Shown: piece by piece, positions 29,961-39,501 of the stretch
Layout: the number at the start of each line of letters is the position of its first letter
Position numbering within the stretch: position 1 is the stretch's first letter
Assembly: GCA_047284725.1 (NCBI GenBank)
Contig: JBJBEO010000001.1
Location: 352,001 to 416,000, forward strand
Source of the DNA: Synechococcus sp.
GTDB taxonomy: Bacteria; Cyanobacteriota; Cyanobacteriia; PCC-6307; Cyanobiaceae
Length of the DNA stretch: 64,000 nucleotides
Reading direction: 5' to 3'
Program-made: the position numbers and the translations under genes
Notes under the pieces: generated by a model
What the model was told of the DNA's origin: nothing
Databases searched by the model: none
The model's input: only the letters and a program-made list of their open reading frames with translations

Positions 29961-30108
29961 GTCTACAGAAGCTGCTGCAAGATGATTTTTGCTGCATAAG
30001 CTGCCAATAGCTTGTCTCTCCTCGACGATCTCTATAGGTTTAGCAACGACTTCGGTAGATCTCCACTTCATTGTGGATTGTTATGCAATCCGAAGAACAT
30101 TTTTGACC

Positions 30109-30790
30109 TCAATGGAGGTCTGCGGGGCTCAGCACCCCTGATGGCCCTCGATTCATGACATGGGTGTAGATGGCCGTGGTCTTCACATCACTGTGACCAA
30201 GCAATTCCTGAATAGTGCCGATGTCTGAGCCCTGCTCCAGCAAGTGCGTGGCGAATGAATGGCAACACGCACGGCACGCTGCACAAGGCTCGCATCCAGG
30301 TGATGCCTGCCTTCAAGATGGTGTTGTGGATCGCGGCAGCGTCGGCTCTGTGGGAACAGCCATTGCCAGCTCCATTTCCTTGGTGCATGTGGATCTTTCC
30401 TGTCCAGCGCTTGTGGTAACTCCACGGCTCCCCAGCCAGCCGCGAGATCAGACTGGTGAAAACGTTTCACGCTGTGCAGGTGCTGTTTCGAAGGCTCCAC
30501 CAGGCTGGACGGCAGCACATGAGCCGATCCTTGTTGGCCCAGCACAGCACCCACTTCCGCCACCGTAAGTACAACAGAAGGTTCTTCCTCTTGCGGGCCC
30601 GGATCACCACCTCCAGGTTTCCTACATCCTTCCCAAGAACCGTGCGATAGAGAATCAGCAAGGCCGCCAGGTCTTGGTTCTGCGTGGAGGTGCTCATCCG
30701 CTCCTGCGTAGCCAGGTGACTCAAGAAAGCGTTGAGCTCTGCGTCCCCCAACGCATGGGTGGAAACGCAGGAACCGTCGCGCCCACTGCC
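30109..30790 (-). pseudogene. intI: Integron integrase pseudogene
   Basis: FLSHLA...STQNQ, KDR, the IntI-specific insertion LPQALDRKDPHAPRKWSWQWLFP, RHHLD and [35 protein letters not shown]. Multiple frameshifts; the catalytic Arg and HxxR segments are deleted. Confidence 0.9.
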
Positions 30791-31022
30791 CATCGGTTGG
30801 AGATCTTTGGTCTGGCGTGGTGGCGCACCTGCAGTTTCTCCCAGTAGCGCTGAATCAGGGCTGGTGGATGGTTCGGGCTGGTCATCCCCAGCAGCCAGTC
30901 ACCTCACTATGCACAGGACATGTGCCATTACGAACCGGGGGTGATCGGCGGCAATCGTGACCCTGTTCGCGTCTCTTTCAGAAACAGCTACAACACCTTC
31001 GTGTAGTCCTCATTCAAGGGCA

Positions 31023-31256
31023 ATGACCGTTCGTCTCTTGACCGCTGCTTGCTTATCCTTCACCGTTGCCGCCCCGCCGGCCCAGGCTCAGATCCTCCGC
31101 AGCCCACTGCCTCCTTGCCATTCGCTCACGCTTTCGGTTTCTCCTGAAACGGCATGTTTCAACGATATGGATCGCGATGGGGAGTTTCAATACGCCCGTG
31201 GTGATCGTGCCTACACAGCGAAAACGTGGGTGCAATACAAGTGGAGGCTTTACTGA
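31023..31256 (+). CDS. Small secreted hypothetical protein
   Basis: Signal peptide ending PAQA; two Cys in the mature part. Confidence 0.55.
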   Translation: MTVRLLTAACLSFTVAAPPAQAQILRSPLPPCHSLTLSVSPETACFNDMDRDGEFQYARGDRAYTAKTWVQYKWRLY

Positions 31257-31317
31257 TCTTAGTTACCCCTCCAGGGGAGGTTCGACATCCGGCTGATCCA
31301 ATCGTTCTGGCATCCAA

Positions 31318-31620
31318 ATGACGGCAGACAAAGAACTCGAACGGCTCGAACGGGAAATCAATGCCAAAGCCGCCGGTCTCAACACTCCTGGCTCAGCTCG
31401 AGAAGGATCGCTGTCGTCTGGTGACACCAGTAAGCCAAGCCCTCAACGAGGCAGTGATGGCGTACTCCTGTGCATTGGATTGTTGGTGTTTTTCAGTCTT
31501 ATGCTGCCGTTAGCCGAACGCCTGAAGCCAGAGCAAGTCAAGGCCTTAAGCGCTGGAGCGATGGGTGGCGCTGCTGGCGTGGCTGTGGGGTTTGTTCTGG
31601 GTAGAGGTAAGCGGCGATGA
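31318..31620 (+). CDS. Hypothetical membrane protein
   Basis: Two hydrophobic segments, the second glycine-zipper-like. Confidence 0.65.
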   Translation: MTADKELERLEREINAKAAGLNTPGSAREGSLSSGDTSKPSPQRGSDGVLLCIGLLVFFSLMLPLAERLKPEQVKALSAGAMGGAAGVAVGFVLGRGKRR

Positions 31621-32091
31621 TCAGCATGGGCTGAGCAACGTGTCCCTGATGCAGTCCCCTAGCTGCTGACTCCTGTAGGCCAATCGATCAGAATCGATCT
31701 GGGGTGTTGGGCCTTTCAGCGCTCTGGTCGTTGCCAAGCAGGGCCTCAAGTATGGCTTCATCCGGCCAGGGCTCATCGGGGTGATCTGGTGGATCCTGCG
31801 CATTGGAGGGCTAACACCCAAGCATGTGGAGTTGGCTCACCAGACGGAGTCGCGCTTCGCGACGGCGTAGCTGCGCGTCAGACAGATCGGGCCGTTCGCG
31901 GCGCAGCTCGTCAAGGGATGGTGCTGGTTGCATCAGAACCCCTCTGGCCCTTTTGATTGTGCCCGCGCGCAGCCAGGCTTCCCCATTGCAGACGCAGGTC
32001 AGTCGTCACTGTTCACATCTGACTCGGATGGAGTCATCCTTTTTGCCTCGTTGATGGCTAGATCAGAAGAGACGCATGCACCAATGAGGCG

Positions 32092-32433
32092 ATGAATCGA
32101 GGGTTTGGATGGATGGTTGGCCTGATCACCATGGCTGGTTTCATGGGTTTACCCGCTAAGGCGGACAGCACTGTGGCTTACTGCAGCCTGTCGGTGCATG
32201 ACCACACCGTTGCCCCCACTCCTCTGGAGGCGTGCAATTTCTCTCAGTACCAGGGCAATGCCTACGTGAGGACAGCAGACGGTAAGCAGTATGAGTTCCC
32301 TTACAAGGACCAGGACAAGACGTTCAGGCGGATGGCCACGGGAGACTTTTTGCGGTTCACCAAAGAAGGTGAGTACAGCTTGACGGTGATGTGGCCATCC
32401 CCAGCCATTCGCTGCAAGCGGACTGACTTGTGA
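32092..32433 (+). CDS. Secreted hypothetical protein
   Basis: GAGG RBS, signal peptide ending PAKA, CxFSQxQG motif. Confidence 0.7.
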   Translation: MNRGFGWMVGLITMAGFMGLPAKADSTVAYCSLSVHDHTVAPTPLEACNFSQYQGNAYVRTADGKQYEFPYKDQDKTFRRMATGDFLRFTKEGEYSLTVMWPSPAIRCKRTDL

Positions 32434-32439
32434 TCGCCT

Positions 32440-32560
32440 TTGTGACGAACAGCTGATCTGCTGGGTCTGAGCATCGTCTGCCAGGCCTCGAAGGTCTACA
32501 ACCTGAGCATGCGACTAACAATTGGGCTCTCAGAGTTCAGGTGAGATGACGATGGTTTTC
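32440..32560 (-). pseudogene. DUF1651-family relic
   Basis: SRMLRL*TFEAWQTML; CATCGTCTGCCAGGCCTC (32472-32489) is identical to 23051-23068. Confidence 0.6.
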
Positions 32561-32878
32561 AGAGGTTGTCTGTGGTCTTCTGACGCGTCCTGGTGGTCGT
32601 TGAGAGTTCTTCTCCATCGAATGCGGGCTGAGCTCACTTTTTAACCCTGTGCTCCGTAACTGACTGTGTTTGGTGCTTGTTTGTATTTTGATGGATTGTG
32701 GGCAGGGTCGTCGTTGTTGGAATGCGCATGGAGAAATCCGATCTTTGCTCGATAAAGACATCATTTTCTTCTGCGAATTCGGTCGTCAACTTTGCTCGCC
32801 TCTAGCATGCATTGGATTGCAATGAGGCAGTTGCAGCTGTGCTGCCCTTTGCTCGGCTGGCGTTAGGATTGTGGTGTA

Positions 32879-33283
32879 ATGATCCTAAAGTTGGCTGTGG
32901 GTGAATTAAGAGGTGCAACAAGGCTGGTTCCAGAAAATTCCGTCACCTGCAGTCTTGGCTTGAAGGGCAGGAATGATATTGCCGCCGATATTGTTAATTT
33001 CAGTCGTGGTGGTTTGTGCTTGAAATGCAAGGAGTGGGTCGATGTTTGCCAAGGCGAAAAAATAACAGTCTTTCTAGCTGCCCATGAATCTTCAATCGAG
33101 CATCGCTTTGATGCAACGGTCCGTTGGATTCAGAATGACGACCTCGTCTGTCTTGTTATTGGCTGTGAGTTTTCCGGTTTAGGTGTTGAAGATTTAAGCG
33201 TGCTATCAAAATTATTTGGGTTGTCTGAAGAGTTTGTTGATCCTGTTACTGGCCTTTCTTGGATTTCATCGGAAGCTGGTTAG
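32879..33283 (+). CDS. PilZ-domain protein
   Basis: RxxxR (LRGATR), NFSRGG, VRW and GCEF. Confidence 0.8.
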   Translation: MILKLAVGELRGATRLVPENSVTCSLGLKGRNDIAADIVNFSRGGLCLKCKEWVDVCQGEKITVFLAAHESSIEHRFDATVRWIQNDDLVCLVIGCEFSGLGVEDLSVLSKLFGLSEEFVDPVTGLSWISSEAG

Positions 33284-33540
33284 CGATATTTTTGGCTCGC
33301 TGATGAGCTGTCGTTCTCTGGGAATGAAGTTTGTGAGCTATTTGTCCTTCTATAGATGATGGCTTTATGTGCAGCCATCTATTTTCCCTAATCCCTCCTT
33401 TTTTATTTTGATGTGGCCAGCACGTTCGCGTTACTCATCCACTGTGGTCTGCTTTAAAAACCCTTGCCCACCCAAGCAATACCGCTGAAATAATGGATCG
33501 CAGTTCTGGCTAGATCCTGTCCTTCCATCTTCATTTGATG

Positions 33541-33756
33541 TCATGCATTTCTGACCATCATCTGCCAGGCCTCGAAGGCGATGTGGCTGAGCCTGCCGCA
33601 AACAACACTTCCCTGCACTGCCCAGAAACGTCCCATCACCAAACAGATCTCAAGGATGTCCATCATGATCGTTGATTGTGAAATGTTGACCACTCCCGGC
33701 CAAGTCTCTGAATCAAGGAATCCAAAGAGATTCAAGGGCTGCGCGTGCCAATTCAA
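33541..33756 (-). pseudogene. DUF1651-family relic
   Basis: RLSHIAFEAWQMM; CATCATCTGCCAGGCCTC at 33556-33573. Confidence 0.55.
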
Positions 33757-33792
33757 GCGACGATTTAGCCTGTCGGTGGATGCTACAGATGG

Positions 33793-33975
33793 ATGACGCA
33801 GGAGCAGTATGAAGGGCTTGTCTTGGCCATTGGTCGGATTGGTGATTTGTTAGAACAAATCGACTCAAGACTGGAAGATATTGACGCAAAGCTCAGCCAT
33901 CAAAACGATAACTTGTTGTACGATTTTGGACCAAAATTGGATGAAATAAGCTCAAGATTGCTTTTTACGAGTTAA
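33793..33975 (+). CDS. Small coiled-coil hypothetical protein
   Basis: Heptad pattern LEQIDSRLEDIDAKL. Confidence 0.55.
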   Translation: MTQEQYEGLVLAIGRIGDLLEQIDSRLEDIDAKLSHQNDNLLYDFGPKLDEISSRLLFTS

Positions 33976-34217
33976 AGATGGTTGATGTCAAGGCAAGCTG
34001 CTGGGCGGCTTGTGTGAATTTCTGAAATCATCCAAGACTCAATGATCCCTCCTCTTTGTTTAGGTAGGCGTATCTGGGAATGGCTGGTCGAATGCTGGGC
34101 GTTGATACTTCATACAATCTCAAGGCCTAGCCCCTTCCCATCCACTGCTCGGCGCAGTCTGACGATGCGATGATTCAGGTAGCGAAGGATCACGCTGAAT
34201 TGCCTTGCTAGCGGCGT

Positions 34218-34730
34218 ATGCACTTCTTGATCCTGATCTGGCTCGTCTGGTTCGCTAGCAGCTTTTATTGCGCGATCCTCGCGAAGGGAAAGGGGTATGC
34301 CCCAATCCTTGCGGGATTAGGGGGAACGTGGTTTGGTCTGCTCGGAGTGATTGCCCTCCTCGTTGGTGGATTCGGTGGGGTTCTGTTGGGAATCATGGGC
34401 GCGGTTGTCGTGTTTCATTTCCCTGACCGCAATCAACTGGGTGGACTCGAACGTGGCAAAGATCCAGGTCTGCTGCCTGCTCCCGAAGTCAATCCATCTG
34501 TCGCAGAAAGCCTTGGCTTCCATCTCAGGCATCCTGCGCGCGGCAGCACGGCAAGTCGAGGTAGTGTCAACGAACGCTTCGGACCAACCATTCCTGCTCA
34601 GAACACGAAAAAGCAGCTCAGGCTGCAAAAAGATCTGATTTACTACCGGAATTTGTATGAAAGGGGGATGATCTCAAAGCAGGAACACGATAAGTACAGG
34701 AAAATTGCGATCGACAAGAGTCTCTCCTGA
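34218..34730 (+). CDS. Membrane protein with SHOCT-like C-terminus
   Basis: N-terminal TM segments; LYERGMISKQEHDKYRK. Confidence 0.65.
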   Translation: MHFLILIWLVWFASSFYCAILAKGKGYAPILAGLGGTWFGLLGVIALLVGGFGGVLLGIMGAVVVFHFPDRNQLGGLERGKDPGLLPAPEVNPSVAESLGFHLRHPARGSTASRGSVNERFGPTIPAQNTKKQLRLQKDLIYYRNLYERGMISKQEHDKYRKIAIDKSLS

Positions 34731-34852
34731 TGCTGATCGCTCAACAGACCGTTCCCATTGGTTGTTCTTTGACCATGCCCTCAGCTGGTTTGCGTGCAAG
34801 AACGTCACGCTCCTGGTCGGCCCCACTGTGTTTGAGGGATTGGTTGCCCACG

Positions 34853-34877
34853 AAAAAAGCCCCGCCGAAGCGGGGCT
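34853..34877 (-). terminator. Intrinsic terminator of the DUF4278 gene
   Basis: AGCCCCGC-TTCG-GCGGGGCTTTTTT on the minus strand. Confidence 0.85.
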
Positions 34878-34898
34878 GATCGCATCACCGGTGGGTGA

Positions 34899-35060
34899 TC
34901 ACTTGGAGAAGCGAGCACCACGGTAGGTGCCCACATGATGGGTGTTCGTCACTGCAGCCTTGTGTTGGCCGTAGTGCTGACCGCGATAAGTGAGTTGAAC
35001 ATTGCCAGCAGCTGAAGTGCTGTGCTGTGCGTACTGCTGCCCGCGATAGGTCAGTGTCAT
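34899..35060 (-). CDS. DUF4278-family YRG-repeat peptide (53 aa); absent from the ORF track
   Basis: MTLTYRGQQYAQHSTSAAGNVQLTYRGQHYGQHKAAVTNTHHVGTYRGARFSK*, with a GAGGA RBS. Confidence 0.9.
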   Translation of the reverse strand: MTLTYRGQQYAQHSTSAAGNVQLTYRGQHYGQHKAAVTNTHHVGTYRGARFSK

Positions 35061-35080
35061 TGAAGGTTCCTCGAAGCAAG

Positions 35081-35139
35081 TTCAGGTCCCCGTTCCATGG
35101 CCTGAATCGAACTGCGCCTCCCCGATGAGGAGGTGAACG
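35081..35139 (-). promoter_or_regulatory. Downstream-peptide RNA motif (glutamine-II riboswitch)
   Basis: CGTTCACCTCC...GGAGGCGCAGTTCGATTCAGGCCATGGAACGGGGACCTGAA directly upstream of the YRG peptide. Confidence 0.9.
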
Positions 35140-35339
35140 TCGGTAGCAATTGCTACAAGCTCTTTATAGATGACTTGTTGACTTCGCGGTCGTTCGCAGG
35201 GATACAAATCGGTTGGATGGCGTCCCCTGTTGTTGTGGAGGGAGTCCAGAGACAGTGTTGTCATGCTTGCGCTCATGCTGCTCCACCCACCAAGTCACAA
35301 CAGCTCGCCCGAGCAGAATGGCGTTCCCTGCGCGTCTTC

Positions 35340-35981
35340 ATGCGGAGAGAACGGCGAAATCATGGCTTGCGCTGGCTTTGCTGTTTGCTGCTCTGGGGTG
35401 TCGTTGGTGGACCGGTCCATGCTGCGACTGTGCTGTCTGTTGGCGATGGGGACACGATCAGAGTGCGTGAGGCTGGCAAGGCCATCACGATCCGTTTGGC
35501 CTGCATCGACGCGCCCGAGATGTCCCAGCGTCCTGACGGCTTGCGTTCTCGATCGGCACTGAGTCGACTTGTCCCCATTGGTTCTGAGGTGTCCCTGCGT
35601 GCGCTGACGGTTGATCGCTACGGCAGGACTGTGGCCGAGCTTCTGAGCTTCCGCGGAAACATCAACCAATGGATGGTGGGCAGTGGCCAGGCATTCGTGG
35701 ATCGCAAGTACCTGGAGCAGTGCGATGCACAGCAGTATCTCTCCCTGCAACGCCAGGCTCAAAACACCCGCGTTGGCGTGTGGTCAAGCGGAGCCTCAGG
35801 TATCACTCGCCCCTGGGATTACAGGCGGTCTCGCCGGGGGGGCCAGCAGCGGACTGGTTCGTCTCGCCGATGGCGTTGTGCAGACATCGGCTCATGGCAT
35901 CAAGCACAGCGACGTCTGACGCAAGGTCATGCCTACCTCGATGGGGATGGAGACGGGGAAGCGTGCGAATCGCTTCGGTAA
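35340..35981 (+). CDS. Thermonuclease (SNase-like) with C-terminal Excalibur-like Ca-binding motif
   Basis: GDGDTI, IRLACIDAPE, DRYGRTVA, PWDYR and LDGDGDGEACE. Confidence 0.9.
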   Translation: MRRERRNHGLRWLCCLLLWGVVGGPVHAATVLSVGDGDTIRVREAGKAITIRLACIDAPEMSQRPDGLRSRSALSRLVPIGSEVSLRALTVDRYGRTVAELLSFRGNINQWMVGSGQAFVDRKYLEQCDAQQYLSLQRQAQNTRVGVWSSGASGITRPWDYRRSRRGGQQRTGSSRRWRCADIGSWHQAQRRLTQGHAYLDGDGDGEACESLR

Positions 35982-36042
35982 TCCCAACGCATTTCGAGAA
36001 ACCTCGTTGTGGTTTTGACTCGTGTTGTCTTGACTGGCCCTG

Positions 36043-36657
36043 TCATTCTTCGTCTGAACAAAGCTCGTTGTAGATGTCGCTTAAACGCCTGCCATTGAAT
36101 GTAAAAAAGGCGGAGCCACGGATCCGTCGATCAATGCCAAGCCAGGTTTGAGCAAGTCGCATCATCGTCCAAGGCTCTCCTTCATACTCAACGCGATACT
36201 GGTCAACCACAGTGCAGGCTTGTGGCCCATCGGTGAACTTCAGTGTTGATCCAATGGGGACTCCGAGTTCCAAAAAGTTCAAACGTGGTCGCCGTGCTTT
36301 TTTAAAGCGTTTTGCTGCATCTCTTGCATCAGCATCAACCTGCTCGGCTTCCTTTTGAACAGCCGGCGTGACATCTTCGAGTGCCATAAATTCCAGCAGT
36401 GCGATGGCTTGTTCCGGCTCAATGCTGAAAAATTCTCGTTTGGGGTTCACCCTGTAAGGGCCAAAGGCTTGATGAAATGCCCTTTCGATCTTCCCTTCAT
36501 CTCCAACACGACCCGCATAAGCGCACTCAAATGGAAGTGGCACTCCAGTGGAATACAACTCGCCTAAGCGAGCCTCCATGGCACGGGATGTGCGGCCAAT
36601 TTTGACCATGCCAGGCATGGCCGGATTGATCAGAACGTAGACGATGCCTTCTGCCAT
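36043..36657 (-). CDS. GIY-YIG (T5orf172-type) nuclease with C-terminal RAMA/DUF4357-like domain
   Basis: GIVYVLINPAMPGMVKIGRT...TGVPLPF...REFF; C-terminal GSTLKF...YEGE...GSAFFTFNGRRL. Confidence 0.8.
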   Translation of the reverse strand: MAEGIVYVLINPAMPGMVKIGRTSRAMEARLGELYSTGVPLPFECAYAGRVGDEGKIERAFHQAFGPYRVNPKREFFSIEPEQAIALLEFMALEDVTPAVQKEAEQVDADARDAAKRFKKARRPRLNFLELGVPIGSTLKFTDGPQACTVVDQYRVEYEGEPWTMMRLAQTWLGIDRRIRGSAFFTFNGRRLSDIYNELCSDEE

Positions 36658-36732
36658 GACAGTAGTTTGGCAAGGGTGACATCGATTGGACAGCCAACTA
36701 AGAACCGCCCAATCAAGCAGTTGTGGGGCCAG

Positions 36733-36797
36733 AAAAAACGCCCCTGTCTCAAGGGGGCGTTGATGTCCGTGTTCGGGACATCGGTTTTTAACCGAGC
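36733..36797 (-). ncRNA. Candidate small RNA/terminator element, copy 2
   Basis: Hairpin GATGTCC/GGACATC plus a GC hairpin with U tail; homologous to 27852-27914. Confidence 0.45.
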
Positions 36798-37109
36798 CCC
36801 ATCACCTTGGTCTGTGCCATTGCATACGCAATGCCGTCACTGGGCTCATGAGTGGATCTGTTGGCAAACCCGGCCATCGCGCAACTGCTGGTTGCCTGAC
36901 AAGATCCCCCAAGTGGGGGATGTGAATCAGAGCAGGAGGGCAGAGAGTTCTGTTAGTTCAACACAAGGGGAGAGCCATCAAACGAGCGCATGAGGTTGTC
37001 CTCATGGCCGAGATCCGTCGGCTACACAACGTTGGACGGTGGCCTTTCGCACGGATCGCCGAATACGTCGGAAATGGCCTGCCATGATTTTTGAGATGGA
37101 GATCACTCG

Positions 37110-37292
37110 ATGACAAGCCAATTTCTACCTGCTGAAATGAGAGATGCGATGGATCACTGGGAAGAAGCCTATGTGTTGGCATCGATCCGCTCTCTACATC
37201 GCGACTATCAAGTCCCCCTTGAATGTATCCTTGCGTTGATTAAGAGGGTGCAAGGCATGTCCGCCAATGAGTTGGTGAAACTTCTGGTATGA
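37110..37292 (+). CDS. Small hypothetical protein
   Basis: GGAG RBS; 60-aa ORF. Confidence 0.5.
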   Translation: MTSQFLPAEMRDAMDHWEEAYVLASIRSLHRDYQVPLECILALIKRVQGMSANELVKLLV

Positions 37293-37552
37293 GGCGACAA
37301 CTAGGGTGTCATTGGATTGAATCAGGGCCTGATCAGGTGATTGGAGTGGATGCGACGCCAGATGTAGGCTCGGCAAGTTCATCCAAATGATGCAAGCCTG
37401 CTGGTGAATGATTGGAGGTATTTCCTTTGGCACCTTTTCCAGCTGCTCTCCAGAATCGCTGCCCGTTTGTTCGCAGGATTGAATGAACCGACGGATTTGC
37501 CTCAGCGGCTGCTGATGGCTAAGGTTGGTGAATATTTTGCTCTTGCACTCCA

Positions 37553-37900
37553 ATGACTCGAAGTCACGCAAAGCCAGGCGTAGTGCTCTGGGCAAAGCTG
37601 TATATGGGTGCAATGTCTGCACTGTATTTCGTTCTGCTGCTTCTCTCGCCTTTCATGTTGATGTCGGGTGATGAAGAGGCTGTCATTTACGGTTTTGTGT
37701 TTATCTTCGTTGGCATTCCATGCGCAATCCTCTCGGCGATCCCCATTTTTCTTGCTCCTAAGCCATGGGTTTGGGTCTGGATTTTGATTGTCATTGCCTT
37801 TGGTATGACGAGTGTTTGTTGCTTGCCGGTGACTGTGCCGCTTCTGATCTTTTGGATCAAACCTGAGACCAAGCGCTATTACGGTCAAATCACCGCCTGA
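37553..37900 (+). CDS. Hypothetical membrane protein
   Basis: Three to four TM segments; ends WIKPETKRYY. Confidence 0.7.
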   Translation: MTRSHAKPGVVLWAKLYMGAMSALYFVLLLLSPFMLMSGDEEAVIYGFVFIFVGIPCAILSAIPIFLAPKPWVWVWILIVIAFGMTSVCCLPVTVPLLIFWIKPETKRYYGQITA

Positions 37901-37948
37901 ATCTTGGGCGTTTCTCAGTTTTCCGTTTTTATAATGATCTGAACACGA

Positions 37949-38128
37949 TTACAGTCGGCCATCGTTGAATCGAGCTTTGATCCGGTTGTAAGGGACTTCC
38001 CAGTCGTCGCCCAGTAAGGTCTGGCGATGCATCTTGATGGTTCCAACCGAAATAATCACTCCCAGTAAGGAGAAAATGATCAAGAAGGCGCGAAGCCTTT
38101 GAGTGCAAGTGACTTGTGATTGGCTCAT
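37949..38128 (-). CDS. Small membrane hypothetical protein
   Basis: Single TM segment; start uncertain. Confidence 0.45.
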   Translation of the reverse strand: MSQSQVTCTQRLRAFLIIFSLLGVIISVGTIKMHRQTLLGDDWEVPYNRIKARFNDGRL

Positions 38129-38398
38129 TGCAGCCAGGCTAAGCATGCCGGCCCCTTGTTGCTCCTCACGTCGCATGGGGAGTGACATGATCACGCTTCT
38201 GCAAGACTCTCGCTCCCTGGGAGTCGCTGACCATCAGCAAGCGTTCCCGATGATGCTTTGCCCTCTTGGCATCGGCCTCGAGGCTTCAACGCAGTTGTTC
38301 CTAGACGTCTTGGGTGATGCTTCTGGTTTGGATCGGCATGCTTGACTGACTGTTGGCCGATGACTAGCGTTGAAGAAACTTCTTCAGATTGAAGGCTC

Positions 38399-38773
38399 TT
38401 GAAAAAAGGTTTTGCTGTTCTTTGCATTGCTTGCGCTGGTCTTCTTGCTGGCTGCGCTCCCTCTCCCAAGTCGAGTATTGATAATTTTATTGGATCTGTC
38501 GAGAAAGGAAATCTGACCGAGGCGCAGAGCTACATTTCCAGCTCCATCAAAGGGATGTTGGGAGAATCAAAGCTGAAGCAGGCTCTGGCCGAGAAGTCAG
38601 AAGAGATGGCTGAATGCGGTGGGGTGAAGTCGATTGATGTGGACCTGAAGGGAGAGGGTGAGTATCGAACAGGTACGTACACGGTTCATTACAAGGGAGA
38701 TTGCGCTCCTGAAGATAATGAGGTGAAGCTGGTGAAAGAAGACGGAAAGTGGAAGCTTGGTGTCAATAAATAA
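38399..38773 (+). CDS. DUF4878-like (NTF2-fold) lipoprotein
   Basis: Lipobox LAGC; C-terminal LVKEDGKWK. Confidence 0.8.
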   Translation: MKKGFAVLCIACAGLLAGCAPSPKSSIDNFIGSVEKGNLTEAQSYISSSIKGMLGESKLKQALAEKSEEMAECGGVKSIDVDLKGEGEYRTGTYTVHYKGDCAPEDNEVKLVKEDGKWKLGVNK

Positions 38774-39431
38774 GCGATTGCTTGGCCTGGCGAGTCTGCC
38801 TTTGTTTGCGATTGGTTTGCTGTGTGTTGAAACATCTTATCCTCCAAAATCCGAAGTTAATCCTCTGCCGAGGACTTATCCCGCCACGCTTCAAGAGGGA
38901 GATCTTGTTTTCAGCGCTGGCAGAGATGCGTTGTCGACGATTGTGTTATCCCATCGCGAGGGTACGTTGTTCTCGCATGTTGGCATGCTGGTCAAGGGGA
39001 AGCGGGGATGGTCGGTTGTTCATGCCACTCCGGGTGATTTTGAGTCGCATGGGGGAGTGCGCCTGGAGTTGCTTGATGTCTTTACTGCTTCGCAAAGTGT
39101 CTCTGAAATTGGCTTTTACAGGGTCGTTGGCTTGTCCATGAAGCAGCGTATTGAGATGAAGCGGTATTTGTATTCACAGCTCGATAAGCCTTTCGATTTC
39201 AGCTTTCACTATTCCGATGATGCTTCTCAATACTGCACTGAGTTGGTCTTGAAAGCGTTGCGTTCGGCGGGGCTTGACCTTGAGCCGACTATGAGCCGGG
39301 TTGATGTCTTCCTGATCCCTGAGGCTGCGATTCCCCCTGATAGTTTGTTGGCATCACAGCGGCTTCGTGCATTGCCTGTTCAGTCGTCTGTTTCGGCAAT
39401 TGACCCTATTCAGCAACGTGAGATCAATTGA
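38760..39431 (+). CDS. Permuted papain-like NlpC/P60 enzyme (YiiX/YebB family)
   Basis: LQEGDLVF, FSHVGM, KPFD and YCTELV. Confidence 0.85.
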   Translation: MSINKRLLGLASLPLFAIGLLCVETSYPPKSEVNPLPRTYPATLQEGDLVFSAGRDALSTIVLSHREGTLFSHVGMLVKGKRGWSVVHATPGDFESHGGVRLELLDVFTASQSVSEIGFYRVVGLSMKQRIEMKRYLYSQLDKPFDFSFHYSDDASQYCTELVLKALRSAGLDLEPTMSRVDVFLIPEAAIPPDSLLASQRLRALPVQSSVSAIDPIQQREIN

Positions 39432-39501
39432 CACTTTCTGGATGAATTACTCAGTGCGTGGTGCTTTGGGGCATGGGTGGATGGGAGCTGAATGGCAAAA
39501 G

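Noticed and set aside
31279..31300. GGTTCGACATCCGGCTGATCCA as a possible tmRNA/tRNA 3'-end duplication (attR)
   Set aside because: Too many mismatches to GGTTCGATTCCGCTCAGCTCCA and no supporting flanking similarity.
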